A stretch of DNA of 64,000 nucleotides from an uncultured Phycisphaerales bacterium (lineage in GTDB: Bacteria > Planctomycetota > Phycisphaerae > Tepidisphaerales > Tepidisphaeraceae), in assembly GCA_963755915.1 (NCBI GenBank), contig CAVWLP010000003.1, forward strand, positions 672,001 to 736,000, read 5' to 3'. Both the position numbers and the translations under genes were made by a program. Positions 1 through 10,486 of the stretch are shown in pieces. The notes beneath the pieces are model-generated. The model saw only the letters and a program-made list of their open reading frames with translations, searched no databases and was not told the origin of the DNA. Each line of letters opens with the position of its first letter. Position 1 is the first letter of the stretch.

Positions 1-94
1 TGGTTTTCAGGTGGTCGATGACCTTCAGGAACCCCTCCTTGAACTCATCTTCCTTGCCGGGGATGACGTCGTAGTGCATGCCGATGGTGGTCAT
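1..94 (-). CDS. Antibiotic-biosynthesis-monooxygenase (ABM)-like small protein, N-terminal part (runs off window)
   Basis: Manual translation from ATG at 94: MTTIGMHYDVIPGKEDEFKEGFLKVIDHLKT; the V-x-PGK-x-x-EF pattern is typical of ABM/Dabb folds. Confidence 0.55.
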   Translation of the reverse strand, partial: MTTIGMHYDVIPGKEDEFKEGFLKVIDHLKT

Positions 95-157
95 ATCCGC
101 CGCAAAATACCGGAGCCGATATGAATGGGCAAATTAGACCCCGCGGACGCTCCTGTC

Positions 158-2572
158 CTATTCCCAATCGATCCGATCCGGACATCGCAGCGGGCGCACG
201 AACCAGCGGTTGGTGATCGTATTTTCCGGGGCCCCCGGTGGATCGGCAAAGCCGCGCACTCCCGAATATTGCATCGGCGAGATCAGGTGTTGATCGCCAT
301 TGAAGTAGCGGTTCGGACCGAATCGGTTAAAGGCGCTGGGATGAAGACGAAGGCGAAGCCGCCCGGCTTTTCGCGCCAGCGAAGTCGGCACATTCACGGT
401 CCACTGCGGGCCCCACGCGTAACCGAGATCGGTCCCATCCAGCTCGACTCGAATTTGATCCGCCTCCGCGCCGAAAAAGCGAAGCGCTGCCGCTCCGGCC
501 AAGTCGATGTCCATCGGCTCGGACTCGACGACAACACCCTCTTGCGAAAAGGCGAAGCCCGCTTCCACAAGATCGGAGACGGGCATCTTTTTCCCGGGCG
601 CCAGCCGAAACGGAAGAGCCAATTCCACCGTTCCGTTGGGCACCGGCACCGGTAATGGCGGGCACTCAACCCAAAAAACGCCGAGCAGCCAGGCCGACAC
701 ACCCGATGTCGGCGTGGCGAACGTAAATTCGATTGTGTTGACCGTCTGAACTCGCGTTTCTTCCACCCGCGCGGTCGTTCCTTCGTCATCCACGGATTCC
801 GCTAGCGGCTCTCCGTTGAGTGTCAGTCTCGAGATCGCCTGGTCCGCAAATCGAACTTTCAATGGCACCGGTTGCGAACAGAGAAATGTCGCCCGCCAAC
901 GATCCGGACCGATCCGCAGCGGGTCCAGCGGCATCGCGTTCTGCTGGGGCGCGGCGAACCATTTTGGCGAAACCGTCCCACGTCGCGGGCGCGGCGGGAT
1001 GACCAGAATTTGAGAATCATCCCTCTGAATCGGCAAGACCGTTTCGACCGCGACCCCCAATCGCTTCGCCTCCGCCAGGAGCGATTTTCCGGCGGCCGTC
1101 AGCAGGCAATCTTCCCCCACGATGACACGTCGATATTTACATTGTCCGATCGCCAGCTCTTGCTGGTCTATCGTAGCCTCTTCGAAAGTTCGCTCGTCAA
1201 CGTAATGCGGATTGAGCGTCGCCGCGGCATCGGCAACGACCGAAAGAAATCGGCGGTTGATCGCCCCTGCTGTGGTTGCCTCATACGTCGCCGCATTGTG
1301 AATATTGAACCTAAGGAGTTCCCGCGGCTGGTAGCTTGCCATGATCGCCCTGTGCGGCGACACAACAACCGTATCGGTGCCGACATCCAAAACCGACAGC
1401 TTCAATTTGATACCCCGCAACACAGCCGCGAACACATCCCGCCACCCGATGTGGTTGGGGATCGACGCCGGCCAGTCCCGGATGGCGGCGCTATCCAGAT
1501 GGTACTGCCAGAGGTGAATCACATAATCGGTGATTCCGTTTCGGCCCAGCCAGAGAATATATCGCTCGAAATCTTCCGCCCGCGCCCACCCGGCGCCGCC
1601 GAAACATTCGGCCATGCAGCGCCCGTCGCCGAACTGCGCCGCGGCGCTCGTCGCCTGGCGGGGAAAATAATCGTTGGAAGGAAAACGCTCCAGTGCATCG
1701 ATGCCCGGCAGGCTCAGATGCCGGAAGATCCGGTTGCATGATCCGACCATCGGCACCTGAAAGAGCGGGTGCTCTTCACCCTTGATGTGAGCCGTGAATC
1801 GTTTGCCGTTCTTCGCGCACCACTGGTCGATCGGACTGATAAACGAGTCGACGAAAAGATCGGTCAGCAGCTCCCAAAACCGCACGCGAGCCGCCCCGGA
1901 GCCCTCGCCTGGGAAGAAAATCAGCGGAAGGATCGAGGCGATCGGATCGCCGTAACGACGCTGATAGATTTCCGGAAGCTCCGCCGTCCAGGGTATGGCG
2001 CCGCAGCGGCTGAGCGCATCAAACGCGTGCCCGAGCCCGAACTCCGGCTCATCGCAGAAAATCGTACTCACGTGATCCCATGCCCCCGGCTCCAGCCCCT
2101 GCCGGTAGCGATCGTGCGTCATGCTCAAAAAATGTTGCGTGAACCGCGAGCTGAAGTAATCCACCCCTTTCCCGACCTCTCGCGCGACATACCACCGTTT
2201 CCCCCCATGCTCAAAACTGCCCAGGCACTCCCGCGGCTCCTCCAAAACCAGGTTCGCCCATTGCTGGCCATCTTGCGGATACCTCTTGAGCAGCTCCCCG
2301 CTAACGGTTCCGCTGGGCCACCCATCTTCGTCATAGATCCACAGATCGAGGCCGATGGATTTGGCATACAAAATCGTGCCCGACAGCACCTTCATATAAG
2401 CGTCGCCCAGGTAGGCCGGCTCATTCGGATAAAATCGCGGGTGAAAGACCGCGCCATCGAGTCCGAACGCGCGCATCTGATCCAACTGCCGGCAAAGGCG
2501 CCGCTCGTCGAGCGGGCCGTTGATGGCCCACAAGGCATAAAAGCGGGGAATGTGTTTTGGGCGGGAGGTCAT
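158..2572 (-). CDS. Glycoside hydrolase, GH106/alpha-L-rhamnosidase-like
   Basis: 804-aa ORF with WAING...QLDQM...HPR, WIYDEDGWPSG, IFCDEP and ECFGGAGW motifs, plus a C-terminal beta-sandwich region. Confidence 0.7.
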   Translation of the reverse strand: MTSRPKHIPRFYALWAINGPLDERRLCRQLDQMRAFGLDGAVFHPRFYPNEPAYLGDAYMKVLSGTILYAKSIGLDLWIYDEDGWPSGTVSGELLKRYPQDGQQWANLVLEEPRECLGSFEHGGKRWYVAREVGKGVDYFSSRFTQHFLSMTHDRYRQGLEPGAWDHVSTIFCDEPEFGLGHAFDALSRCGAIPWTAELPEIYQRRYGDPIASILPLIFFPGEGSGAARVRFWELLTDLFVDSFISPIDQWCAKNGKRFTAHIKGEEHPLFQVPMVGSCNRIFRHLSLPGIDALERFPSNDYFPRQATSAAAQFGDGRCMAECFGGAGWARAEDFERYILWLGRNGITDYVIHLWQYHLDSAAIRDWPASIPNHIGWRDVFAAVLRGIKLKLSVLDVGTDTVVVSPHRAIMASYQPRELLRFNIHNAATYEATTAGAINRRFLSVVADAAATLNPHYVDERTFEEATIDQQELAIGQCKYRRVIVGEDCLLTAAGKSLLAEAKRLGVAVETVLPIQRDDSQILVIPPRPRRGTVSPKWFAAPQQNAMPLDPLRIGPDRWRATFLCSQPVPLKVRFADQAISRLTLNGEPLAESVDDEGTTARVEETRVQTVNTIEFTFATPTSGVSAWLLGVFWVECPPLPVPVPNGTVELALPFRLAPGKKMPVSDLVEAGFAFSQEGVVVESEPMDIDLAGAAALRFFGAEADQIRVELDGTDLGYAWGPQWTVNVPTSLARKAGRLRLRLHPSAFNRFGPNRYFNGDQHLISPMQYSGVRGFADPPGAPENTITNRWFVRPLRCPDRIDWE

Positions 2573-2683
2573 TGTCCCGATTAGACGATCGCCATTCTCG
2601 AATTTCCACCCGCGCGGTACGCGGGATGCAGTCCTCCGGGGGAGAGTTAGCGTGCGGGTCTTGCAAATCGCCGACGAGGCGTT

Positions 2684-3769
2684 TCAGTTGATCTTCTCCG
2701 GCCGCGTCGTCGCATCGGGGGAGATCGAAACGGTTGTCGTGAGGTATCGCGCGAACCATTCATCCGACTGCTGCATGATCTCTCGAATCGCCACCAGCCA
2801 CAGGTCGAAGTGATTAGCCCCGGCGATGAGGATCAACCGCGAGTGATCCGGGTCGGCTGCATGCAGCCGGATGCTGTGGGAGGGACTCAAAAAATCATCC
2901 GACAATCCATGTATGATCAGAACCGGCGTCGAAGTGTGGGCAATCGCATAGAGCGGGCTGTCCCGATCGGGGTCGAACCCCGCCAATTGCCCAATGTCTA
3001 TCGTGATCACCTTGTAGTCCTTATAGCTGAAAAACCACCGCCCAATCCCCATGAGTTGCGGGCCCGCGTCCGCGGACGCATAGCGGATCGAACTGAACGG
3101 CTCCAGCGCGACCACCCCATGAATCCGCGGATCAATCGCCGCCCAGCAGATCCCCACCGAAGCCCCGTAAGAGATCCCCAGCACCCCCACTTCCCCGCAG
3201 ATCAGCCCCTGCTTCTCCAGCGCATCCAGCACCTGCACCATGTCGTGCGATTCGTGTGCGCCGTAGCTGATGAGATCACCGGTCGAGCGCCCATGCCCGC
3301 GCTGATCGACGAGGATGACCCGATACCCTTCCCCCGCCAGTGCAAGCGAGTAGAGCTCATAAGGCGGATCTTCCTTGCTGTCCCCCAGCCCCGGCAGGAT
3401 GAACAGCGTCCCCTTCGGCGGCGCCGGCGGATCGTCGTGGGTCGAGCGCGTGACATTGAGTGAAACAACCGTGTCGCCCGGATATCGCCCGCGGGTGATG
3501 GAAACGGTGCCGTGCCCGTCGACGGGATTGACGATCCAAACCGACAGCGTCGCCGCGGGCGGCCCAACTTTGATGCGGAGCTGTTTGGTGACGTAGTGCT
3601 GGGCCAGGACAAGCGATGAAGCGTCTTTGCCGCGCGTCGGCCAGTCGAGGTTGGGCGCTTTGACGAAGTCGTAAGCGACCCAACTGTCGCACCCGCCCGC
3701 AAGCAGCGGCGTCAGAAGCAGGCAGAGTGTTGGTATTTTCAGTCGGATCGATTTCAAGACTGAACTCAC
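2684..3769 (-). CDS. Alpha/beta hydrolase, probable lipoprotein
   Basis: Lipobox-like LAGGC; DQRGHGRS; nucleophile motif GISYG; HGLSDD; GANH. Confidence 0.85.
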   Translation of the reverse strand: MSSVLKSIRLKIPTLCLLLTPLLAGGCDSWVAYDFVKAPNLDWPTRGKDASSLVLAQHYVTKQLRIKVGPPAATLSVWIVNPVDGHGTVSITRGRYPGDTVVSLNVTRSTHDDPPAPPKGTLFILPGLGDSKEDPPYELYSLALAGEGYRVILVDQRGHGRSTGDLISYGAHESHDMVQVLDALEKQGLICGEVGVLGISYGASVGICWAAIDPRIHGVVALEPFSSIRYASADAGPQLMGIGRWFFSYKDYKVITIDIGQLAGFDPDRDSPLYAIAHTSTPVLIIHGLSDDFLSPSHSIRLHAADPDHSRLILIAGANHFDLWLVAIREIMQQSDEWFARYLTTTVSISPDATTRPEKIN

Positions 3770-3781
3770 GAGAGAAAAATC

Positions 3782-4735
3782 TCACCACAGAAGCTGAGTT
3801 GCGGTAAACACAGGCCCGTCGGTGCAGGCAAGGCGATAACACCAATCGCTTCCGGGCAGCGGCGGGTCCGCCGGGCGGGGCTTCCTGACGCGGATGCAGC
3901 AGCTCTGACAAGTGCCCATCCCGCACGCCATCGCGCGCTCCACCGCAATCTGGCAGGGAATATTGCGTTTCAGCGCGATATCGGCCACGCGCTTCATCAT
4001 AGGCTCAGGGCCGCAGGTGTAAATGACGGGATGCAGTCCCTGGCGGGGAATTTCGTTAGCGAGTCGATAGTCCAGAAAATCCTCCAGCGCCTGTGTTACA
4101 AACCCCCGGCAGCCCAGCGAGCCGTCATCCGTGCAAAGAATAGTCGGAATCCCATGCGGGAAAAACTCGGCGACTTCGTAAGCCTCTGAGCCGAGCGTGA
4201 GAGGCATCAGGTCGCGGCACAAAGCGCCCGCGAATGCGATCGCCCGCCTCCCGCCAAGCTGGGATGCCAGATAGATCATCGGCGGAATGCCCACCCCCCC
4301 GCCAACGAGAAGAGCAATTTGATTCTCATCCGGGGGAATAAACGCATTGCCAAGCGGCCCGATGATAGAAATGGTGTCACCGGCACTTAGCCGGGCAAGG
4401 GAATGGGTGGCAAGCCCGACGACCCGGTGGATGATGTCTAGCTGCGCGCCTCGCCGCCCGGCGAGGGAGAAGGGTCGGCGGAGGACGGAGTGCGGGGAGA
4501 GGAGCTCCGGGTCGGCGATCTCGATCCGCGAGCCGGGCGTCCAGTCGACTTCGGGGGGTTCGGACGGCGCGGTAAGGCCGGAAGTGGCGATTTGGATGAA
4601 CTGGCCGGGCTTGCTCGGGGGGAAATCGGGGACTTCCAGCACAAGACGGTAGTGATCGCGGCAAAGCTGGGTGTTGGAGAGGGTTTTGGCGACGAATTGG
4701 CCCTTATGGGACCGGTCTGGGCGTGGGCGAGTCAT
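3782..4735 (-). CDS. pyrK: Dihydroorotate dehydrogenase electron transfer subunit
   Basis: PGQF, RRPFS, GPLGN, GGGVGIPP, CGPEPMM and MACGMGTCQSC...CTDGPVF (2Fe-2S) motifs. Confidence 0.88.
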   Translation of the reverse strand: MTRPRPDRSHKGQFVAKTLSNTQLCRDHYRLVLEVPDFPPSKPGQFIQIATSGLTAPSEPPEVDWTPGSRIEIADPELLSPHSVLRRPFSLAGRRGAQLDIIHRVVGLATHSLARLSAGDTISIIGPLGNAFIPPDENQIALLVGGGVGIPPMIYLASQLGGRRAIAFAGALCRDLMPLTLGSEAYEVAEFFPHGIPTILCTDDGSLGCRGFVTQALEDFLDYRLANEIPRQGLHPVIYTCGPEPMMKRVADIALKRNIPCQIAVERAMACGMGTCQSCCIRVRKPRPADPPLPGSDWCYRLACTDGPVFTATQLLW

Positions 4736-4754
4736 TCAGCAGATTCTAGCGGGT

Positions 4755-4805
4755 CGCCAAAAAAAGACTTCCGCCAAAAAAAGACTTCCGCCAAAAAAAG
4801 ACTTC
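4755..4805. repeat. Perfect tandem repeat, 3 x 17 bp (CGCCAAAAAAAGACTTC)
   Basis: Units at 4755-4771, 4772-4788 and 4789-4805 read directly. Confidence 0.95.
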
Positions 4806-4837
4806 CGGAGGGGTGGCTCCTGTCCACCTCCGGAAGT
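4793..4837 (-). terminator. Intrinsic terminator (stem ACTTCCGGAG...CTCCGGAAGT followed by U7 on the minus strand)
   Basis: 10-bp perfect outer stem at 4801-4810/4828-4837 with inner GGTGG/CCACC pairing; A7 at 4793-4799. Confidence 0.75.
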
Positions 4838-4893
4838 TTGCCACGGCTAAGAAGCCGCTAAATCACTAAGTTAAACAGACAATTTCAAATGCT
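4793..4893 (-). ncRNA. Candidate ~100-nt small RNA or attenuated leader upstream of pyrK
   Basis: Bounded by a near-consensus promoter and a terminator; no convincing ORF; family not recognised. Confidence 0.45.
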
Positions 4894-4899
4894 CAGGCG

Positions 4900-4928
4900 A
4901 CTATAACCATGCTCCAAAAAGCTGTCAA
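4900..4928 (-). promoter_or_regulatory. Sigma70-type promoter TTGACA-N17-TATAGT
   Basis: Minus strand: -35 TTGACA at 4928-4923, exactly 17-nt spacer, -10 TATAGT at 4905-4900. Confidence 0.8.
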
Positions 4929-5060
4929 TTGACGGACGATAAGGAAAACCAAACATTTTTGTATTATAAGTTTATTGATTTCAATATGTTGTGGCTGTTT
5001 TATTTTCTCGTCATTCGGTTGTATCTTTCGGCTCATCAAGGGTAGAGGCAGGGCTCGGCG

Positions 5061-5465
5061 ATGCGTCGAATTACGGTGGCAATTGGGGTGGTTGGACGCG
5101 GCGGAAGGGTTCTGATCTGCCAGCGGAAGAAGGAGAACACGTTTGGGGGATACTGGGAGTTTCCGGGGGGGAAGTGCGAGGAGGCGGAGAGCCTGGAAGA
5201 TTGCCTGAAGCGCGAGCTGATGGAGGAGGTGGGGATTCAGGTTGAGGTGAAGCGGGAATTGACGCCGATCGTGCATGACTATGCCAATGGGCAGGTGACG
5301 TTGCACCCTTTTTTGTGCGGGCACGCGGAGGGGGAGCCGAGGGCGCTGGAGTGCGAGCAGACGAGATGGGTTTTGCCGGGGGAGCTGGGGAACTACCGGT
5401 TTCCACCGGCAAATGAGCCGCTGCTGGAGGAGATCTTGCGGGTGTGGGGTGAGAATCTGGGGTAG
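5061..5465 (+). CDS. mutT: NUDIX hydrolase, 8-oxo-dGTP diphosphatase (MutT-like)
   Basis: WEFPGGKCEEAESLEDCLKRELMEEVG Nudix box; FPPAN C-terminal motif. Confidence 0.85.
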   Translation: MRRITVAIGVVGRGGRVLICQRKKENTFGGYWEFPGGKCEEAESLEDCLKRELMEEVGIQVEVKRELTPIVHDYANGQVTLHPFLCGHAEGEPRALECEQTRWVLPGELGNYRFPPANEPLLEEILRVWGENLG

Positions 5466-5511
5466 CTGGGGTTTGCCAAGGGAGATTTTTTGAGTTACGA
5501 ATGATAGCTCG

Positions 5512-6138
5512 ATGATCAATCGGCCGCTGGCGAGCATCGCGGACTATGCGGATGCGCTAACGACGGCGCGGCGGGCGCGCAGCGTGCTCGTTCTGCTCAT
5601 TTCAGTGCTGTTGGTTTTTCAGATCGGGGTATTTTTCGCCGCGCGGTATCGGATTCACGTTGACGTGGATTCGGCCCAGGTCGATCTGCTGAAATATGGG
5701 GTGGGGCTGACGAATTTCCTGGGGGTGGTGACGCCGATCGTGCTGGCGTTCGTGCTTTTCCTGATCGTGGAAGTGATGCTGGTGGCGCGGCTGTTAGGAA
5801 TCGCCCGGGTGGTGTGGGGGTTCATCGCCTGCGTGGTGCTGATCACGCTGCTCTTTCCCTGGCAGGCGTTTTTGATGAACCAGAGCTTTACCTCCGTGGA
5901 GTTTAAGATTCCGGGGGTGCTGTATACGTGGCAAGAGCTGGTCCTGCGGGCGCGGGTGCATCCGGACGGATTTTTGCGGGAGCTGCTCTACTGGGGGCGA
6001 TTCGTGTTTTGGCCGGGGGTGGCGCTGCTGCTGACCTGGTTGATTCAGTATCAAAGTGGGCGCGGGTTGCGGACGGCGTTTGGGGAGAGCGTCTCGGTAG
6101 ACATTGCGCCAGCGGCGCCGGCGGGGATCAAACCATAA
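5512..6138 (+). CDS. Hypothetical integral membrane protein (~4 TM)
   Basis: 208-aa ORF with several hydrophobic segments and host-like codon usage. Confidence 0.75.
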   Translation: MINRPLASIADYADALTTARRARSVLVLLISVLLVFQIGVFFAARYRIHVDVDSAQVDLLKYGVGLTNFLGVVTPIVLAFVLFLIVEVMLVARLLGIARVVWGFIACVVLITLLFPWQAFLMNQSFTSVEFKIPGVLYTWQELVLRARVHPDGFLRELLYWGRFVFWPGVALLLTWLIQYQSGRGLRTAFGESVSVDIAPAAPAGIKP

Positions 6139-6142
6139 GGCC

Positions 6143-6499
6143 ATGCGGGAAGAACGCGGGAAACTCAGCGGGGATTGCACGATCGACGAGCAGTATACGC
6201 TGTGGGGGATGATCGTGGGGAACGTCACCGTCGGCGAGGATGGGAAATTCTATTTGCGCGGGAGCATTTATGGCGACCTGACCGTGCAGTATGGGGGAAG
6301 GGTGCATATTTTCGGCAATTTGCAGGGATCGCTGGTCGTGATGCGCGGGGCGAAGGTGATTCACAGCGGGCTGGTGGGCGGGGATATCACCAACCGCGGG
6401 GGAAGAATCTTCATCGAACTGGCCGCCAAGACGATGGGGAAGATCAAAACCAAATCGGGGGAGACGACGTTCGAGCAGAAGCAGAAGTTCTTGGAATAG
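6143..6499 (+). CDS. Bactofilin-like / polymer-forming cytoskeletal beta-helix protein
   Basis: Repeating G-x-(I/V)-x-G-(N/D)-(V/L)-x-V pattern; ATG at 6143 after AAGG. Confidence 0.65.
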   Translation: MREERGKLSGDCTIDEQYTLWGMIVGNVTVGEDGKFYLRGSIYGDLTVQYGGRVHIFGNLQGSLVVMRGAKVIHSGLVGGDITNRGGRIFIELAAKTMGKIKTKSGETTFEQKQKFLE

Positions 6500-6542
6500 A
6501 CAGTTTTTGCGATTTGCGGCGCGGGGGATTACCTTCTGGGGC

Positions 6543-6899
6543 ATGTCAGTTGAGAAATGGTCTGAGTCGGTGATGGTCGTGCACCTGGGGAGCGATCCGC
6601 ATTTCTCGGAAGATGTGGAGACGGCGACGGAATTGTCTGGGGGTTCGATCAACCGGGTGCTCGATTTCTCGGCCGTGCATTATGTGAATTCGTCCAACAT
6701 CGCGGCGCTGCTGCGGCTGCGGCGGCAGGTTGCGGAGAAGAATGGAAAAGTGGTTTTGTGCGGCGTGGGGAACGCAGTATGGACGACCTTTCTGGTTACC
6801 GGGCTGGATAAGATTTTTGAATTCAGCGAGAACGTGCCGACGGCGCTGGCGACGATTCAGATGAGCCAACCGAATAAGCTCAGGGACGCGGGGGAGTAA
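6543..6899 (+). CDS. STAS-domain anti-sigma-factor antagonist
   Basis: VLDFSAVHYVNSSNIAALL and TGLDKIFEF motifs. Confidence 0.85.
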   Translation: MSVEKWSESVMVVHLGSDPHFSEDVETATELSGGSINRVLDFSAVHYVNSSNIAALLRLRRQVAEKNGKVVLCGVGNAVWTTFLVTGLDKIFEFSENVPTALATIQMSQPNKLRDAGE

Positions 6900-6910
6900 A
6901 CCCCCCGGGG

Positions 6911-8493
6911 TTAAATTCTTGCAGCGCGGCGACGATGTTATCGATCACCGGGGGCCAACTCCTGAATTTTGGCTGACGAAAGAGACGCATGGTGGGATAC
7001 CAGGGCGATTGTTCGCCGCGCAGGCCCCAGCGGAAATCGGCGGTGAAGGGGAGCATTGTCCAGACGGGTTTGCCCAGGCGCCGGCGAGATGGACGACGGC
7101 GGTGTCGACGGAGATGACCAGGTCGAGCTGCTCGATGAGGGCGGCCGTGTCGGCGAAATCGTGAAGCGAGGGAATGAAATCGACCAGACGCAAATTGGGG
7201 GGCGGGATCACCGCTTTTTCATTGTCGTTGAATTTTTGTAGCGTGAAGAAGGTGACGTTAGGGACCTGCGCCAGGGGGGATAGAAGCGAGGAATCGATGG
7301 AGCGATTGACGTCATTTTTGTGCTTTGGGTTTCCCGCCCAGGCGATGCCGACACGAAGGGAAGTCCCCCTTGGGGCGGCGGATTCGACGCGGGGGAGCCA
7401 GGATTTCCGCAGCGATGGATCGACGTGAAGGTATGGAACAGGGGCGGGGATGGTTTCGATCGTCGTGCCGAAGGCGTGGGGCAGGCTCATCATGGGAATG
7501 TGCCAGTCGTAGGCGGGGAGCTGTTCGCTGAGGGCGTAGGCGAGGCGCACGCCGTCGCATTTTTGGAGAAGAGATTTGAGGGGCCACGCAACCTGGACGA
7601 TGACGCGCGCGCCCATCTTCGCGAAGAGGGAGGCGTAGCGGATGAAGTGAATGGTGTCGCCGATGCCCTGCTCGCCGTAGATGAGGATGGTTTTTCCGGC
7701 GACGTCGGGGCGGCCGGTGGGCTCAGCGCCCCACTGGCGGGAGGGGTCTCGGCGGACGTTGCCCTGGAAAGTTTCGCAGTCCCAGCGGGATTCGTAATTG
7801 AGCCAGCCTTTTTCGTAATCGCCGAGGGTGATGAGGCACATCGACCATTGTCCGCGTGCTTCGCTGCAAGCGGGGTCGATTTCCAGGACTTTTTTCCAGA
7901 GGTCGGCGGCTTCCTGGAAGCGGCCGGAGGATTTGAGGCAATCCGCGGCGCAGCGGACGGTTTCGCAATCGACTTTGCCAATGGCGTGGATGTAATCGAA
8001 GAGGACGGTTAGAGCGCGATCGATCTGGTTGCCGCGACCGAGGGCAAGGACAAGGTCGTGGGGGATGGTGTTGTCGGAGGGGTCGAGATCGCGAGCTTTC
8101 TGGAGAGCTTCGGCGGCTTCGGTGAACTGGCCGTTTTTGCCGAGGCAGGTACCGAGGCGGTGCCAGTTTTCGGCCAGATCTGGGCGGAGCTCGATGGCGC
8201 GGCGTCGGGCGGCGATGGCCTGGTCGTAGTCTTCGAGGCGCTCGGAGGCGAGGCTGAAGTTCGCCCAGCCGTCGTGATAGGCGGGGTCGATCTGGGTGAT
8301 GGATTTAAAGACGCCGACGGCTTCCGACATCCGCTTGGCGTCGCCGAGGCACATGCCAAGGCCGTTGAGGGCGGCGACGTTGTCGGGGGAAGCGATGAGA
8401 ATTTTTCGGTACAGGTCTTCGGACTCGGCGAGCCGGCGCGGCGCGGAGCTGTTCGGCATTTTGCAGTCCCTGGGAAATACTGAGCGACGGCAT
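6911..8493 (-). CDS. TPR-repeat protein with C-terminal GT9-like glycosyltransferase domain (frameshifts near ~8440 and ~7080; 3' end approximate)
   Basis: TPRs followed by GWxxYESRW, EQGIGDTIHFIRY, GIAWAGNP, DFADTAALI..LDLVISVDT; the frame-shifted tail reads GKPVW...SPWYPTMRLFRQ. Confidence 0.8.
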
Positions 8494-8564
8494 GGTCAGA
8501 ATCGTATAGGAAGAGCCGCGGGGCTTCTATTGGGAGTTTGGGGACGGCGCGATATCTTGAGGAG

Positions 8565-9136
8565 ATGGAGATTCGCGGGATGACGGCGGCGGATTTGGAC
8601 GGCATCAAGGATATCGATGCCACCGGCGAATCGTCGCATTATCTGCATGTGGAGCGCGGGGGAGAGCATGGGGGGGAGGGCCTGGCGGCCTCCTGGAAAA
8701 TGGAGGTGCGCCCGCTGCGGGAAAAGCGGGTTAATCGGCATGCGCTGGACGACGAGCAGCATTTTGCGATCCGGCAGATTGTGACGGGAGCCGAGGAGGG
8801 TGTCGCCCTGGCGGCGGAACATGAGGGGCATGCAGTTGCCGCGGCGGTAGCGACGCCGGACCGGGCGACGGGAGTGATGCGGTTGGTCGATCTGCGGGTC
8901 GATTATGATTTTCGCAGGCAGGGGCTGGCATCGGCGCTGATGTTTCAACTCATCCAGCGGTCGCGGGAGGAAGGTTTTCGCGCGGTGATGGCACAAACGA
9001 CAGCCGATGATTTTCCTTCGCTTCAGCTTCTGGGAAAGCTGGGGTTTGAGCCGGCGGGGCTGAATACCCATTTCCATTCCAATCACGATCTGGTGAAGGA
9101 ATCGGTGACTTTATTTTCTATCTCACACTTGATTAG
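8565..9136 (+). CDS. GNAT-family N-acetyltransferase (one T missing near 9115 hides the true stop)
   Basis: RBS GAGGAG then ATG 8565; DLRVDYDFRRQGLAS acetyl-CoA motif; restoring one T gives ...TLFFYLTLD* at TAG 9134-9136. Confidence 0.8.
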
Positions 9137-9143
9137 GTCGCAC

Positions 9144-10486
9144 ATGAATGAGGAATCGATATCACACTTGGCGGGTGAGAAGTACGATCCGCGCGAAATC
9201 GGCGCCCGGCTGGGGACGATGGACCCGGACGACGGCGCGGTGGTGCTGGAATTTTTGCCGATGAAGGTGGCGGCGGCGGCGCTGGAGAAGACGGAGACCA
9301 GGGTGGCTGGGCAAATCGTCCACCGGATGGATCCGGTGCGGACGGCAAATCTGATCGCGCGGATTCCCCAGCCAACGGCGGTAGGGATCTTAAGCGCGAT
9401 GGCGCCGGACGATCGGGTCGACGTGCTGGAGGGACTGAAGCCGCAGTTGCACGATGAGCTGCTTCGGCAGATGGAGGCCGCGCACGCTGAGGAGTCGAGC
9501 GCCTGGAGCAGTATGCGCCACACACCGCCGGCGGAATCATGACGACGCGGGTGACGGCGCTTCTGAAGAAGATCACGGTGGAAGAGGCGGTCGCGGAATT
9601 GCGGCGGATCAACCAGGAGATGGGGCAGTTTTTTTATGTGTACGTCGTGGACGAGCAGCATCGTTTGATCGGCGTGCTGTCGATGCGCGATCTGCTCCTG
9701 GCGCAGGGGCCTAAAACACTTGAGCAGATCATGATTCCGATGGTGCGGAGCGTGCCGGCGTCGATGCACCAGGATGAAGTGTCGCGGTTGATGCGATCTT
9801 CGCGATATCTGGCGCTGCCGGTGGTCGATGAGCAGAAGCGGCTGGTAGGGATGGTCACGCTAGATGACGTCGTCGACGTGATCGAAGAAGAGGCGACCGA
9901 GGACGTGCAGAGAATGTTCGGCGCCGGGGCAGAGGAAAGATTGGGAAGCTCCTGGCGGTTCAGCTTTTCGCGGCGGTTCTGGTGGCTGGAGGTGAACCTG
10001 GGGACCGCGTTCCTGGCCGGGCTGGTGGTGGCGATGTTCGGGCAGACCATCGCCCGGTTTGCCGTGCTGGCGATCTTTATCCCCATCGTTTCGAGCATGG
10101 GAAGCAACGCGGGGGCGCAGGCGATGTCGGTGGTGATCCGCGGGATTGCGCATGGAAGGACCGATCGGAAGCTGCTGAAAAAAGTGCTGGCGCGCGAGGC
10201 GATTGTGGGGCTTCTGAGCGGCCTGGCGATCGGAGCCACAACGGCAGTCATTGCGATGATGTGGCAATATCATCATGGCGTCGTGCTGGGGATGGTGGTT
10301 GGGGTGTCGATCGTCATCACGCAAACGCTGGCGTGTGTCAGCGGCGCCGGAATTCCCTTCCTGGTGAAGCGCATGGGGTTTGATCCGGCCCAGTCGGCGA
10401 CGATTATTATCACGACGATCACTGACGTGGCGGGGTTTTTGAGTCTGCTGGGATTGGCGACGATGTGCGAAGGATGGATGCGATAA
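9144..10486 (+). CDS. mgtE: Magnesium transporter MgtE (frameshift near ~9497)
   Basis: N-domain MAPDDRVD; TAGGIMTT across the frame change; CBS pair; GSNAGAQ; FDPA...TITDV. Confidence 0.88.

Noticed and set aside
4755-4805. CRISPR array
   Set aside because: The 17-bp units are directly abutting with no spacers, and there are no cas genes in the window.
8538-9542. Apparent GNAT-MgtE N-domain fusion
   Set aside because: Adding one T to the T-run near 9115 restores a GNAT stop at 9136, and MgtE has its own ATG at 9144.
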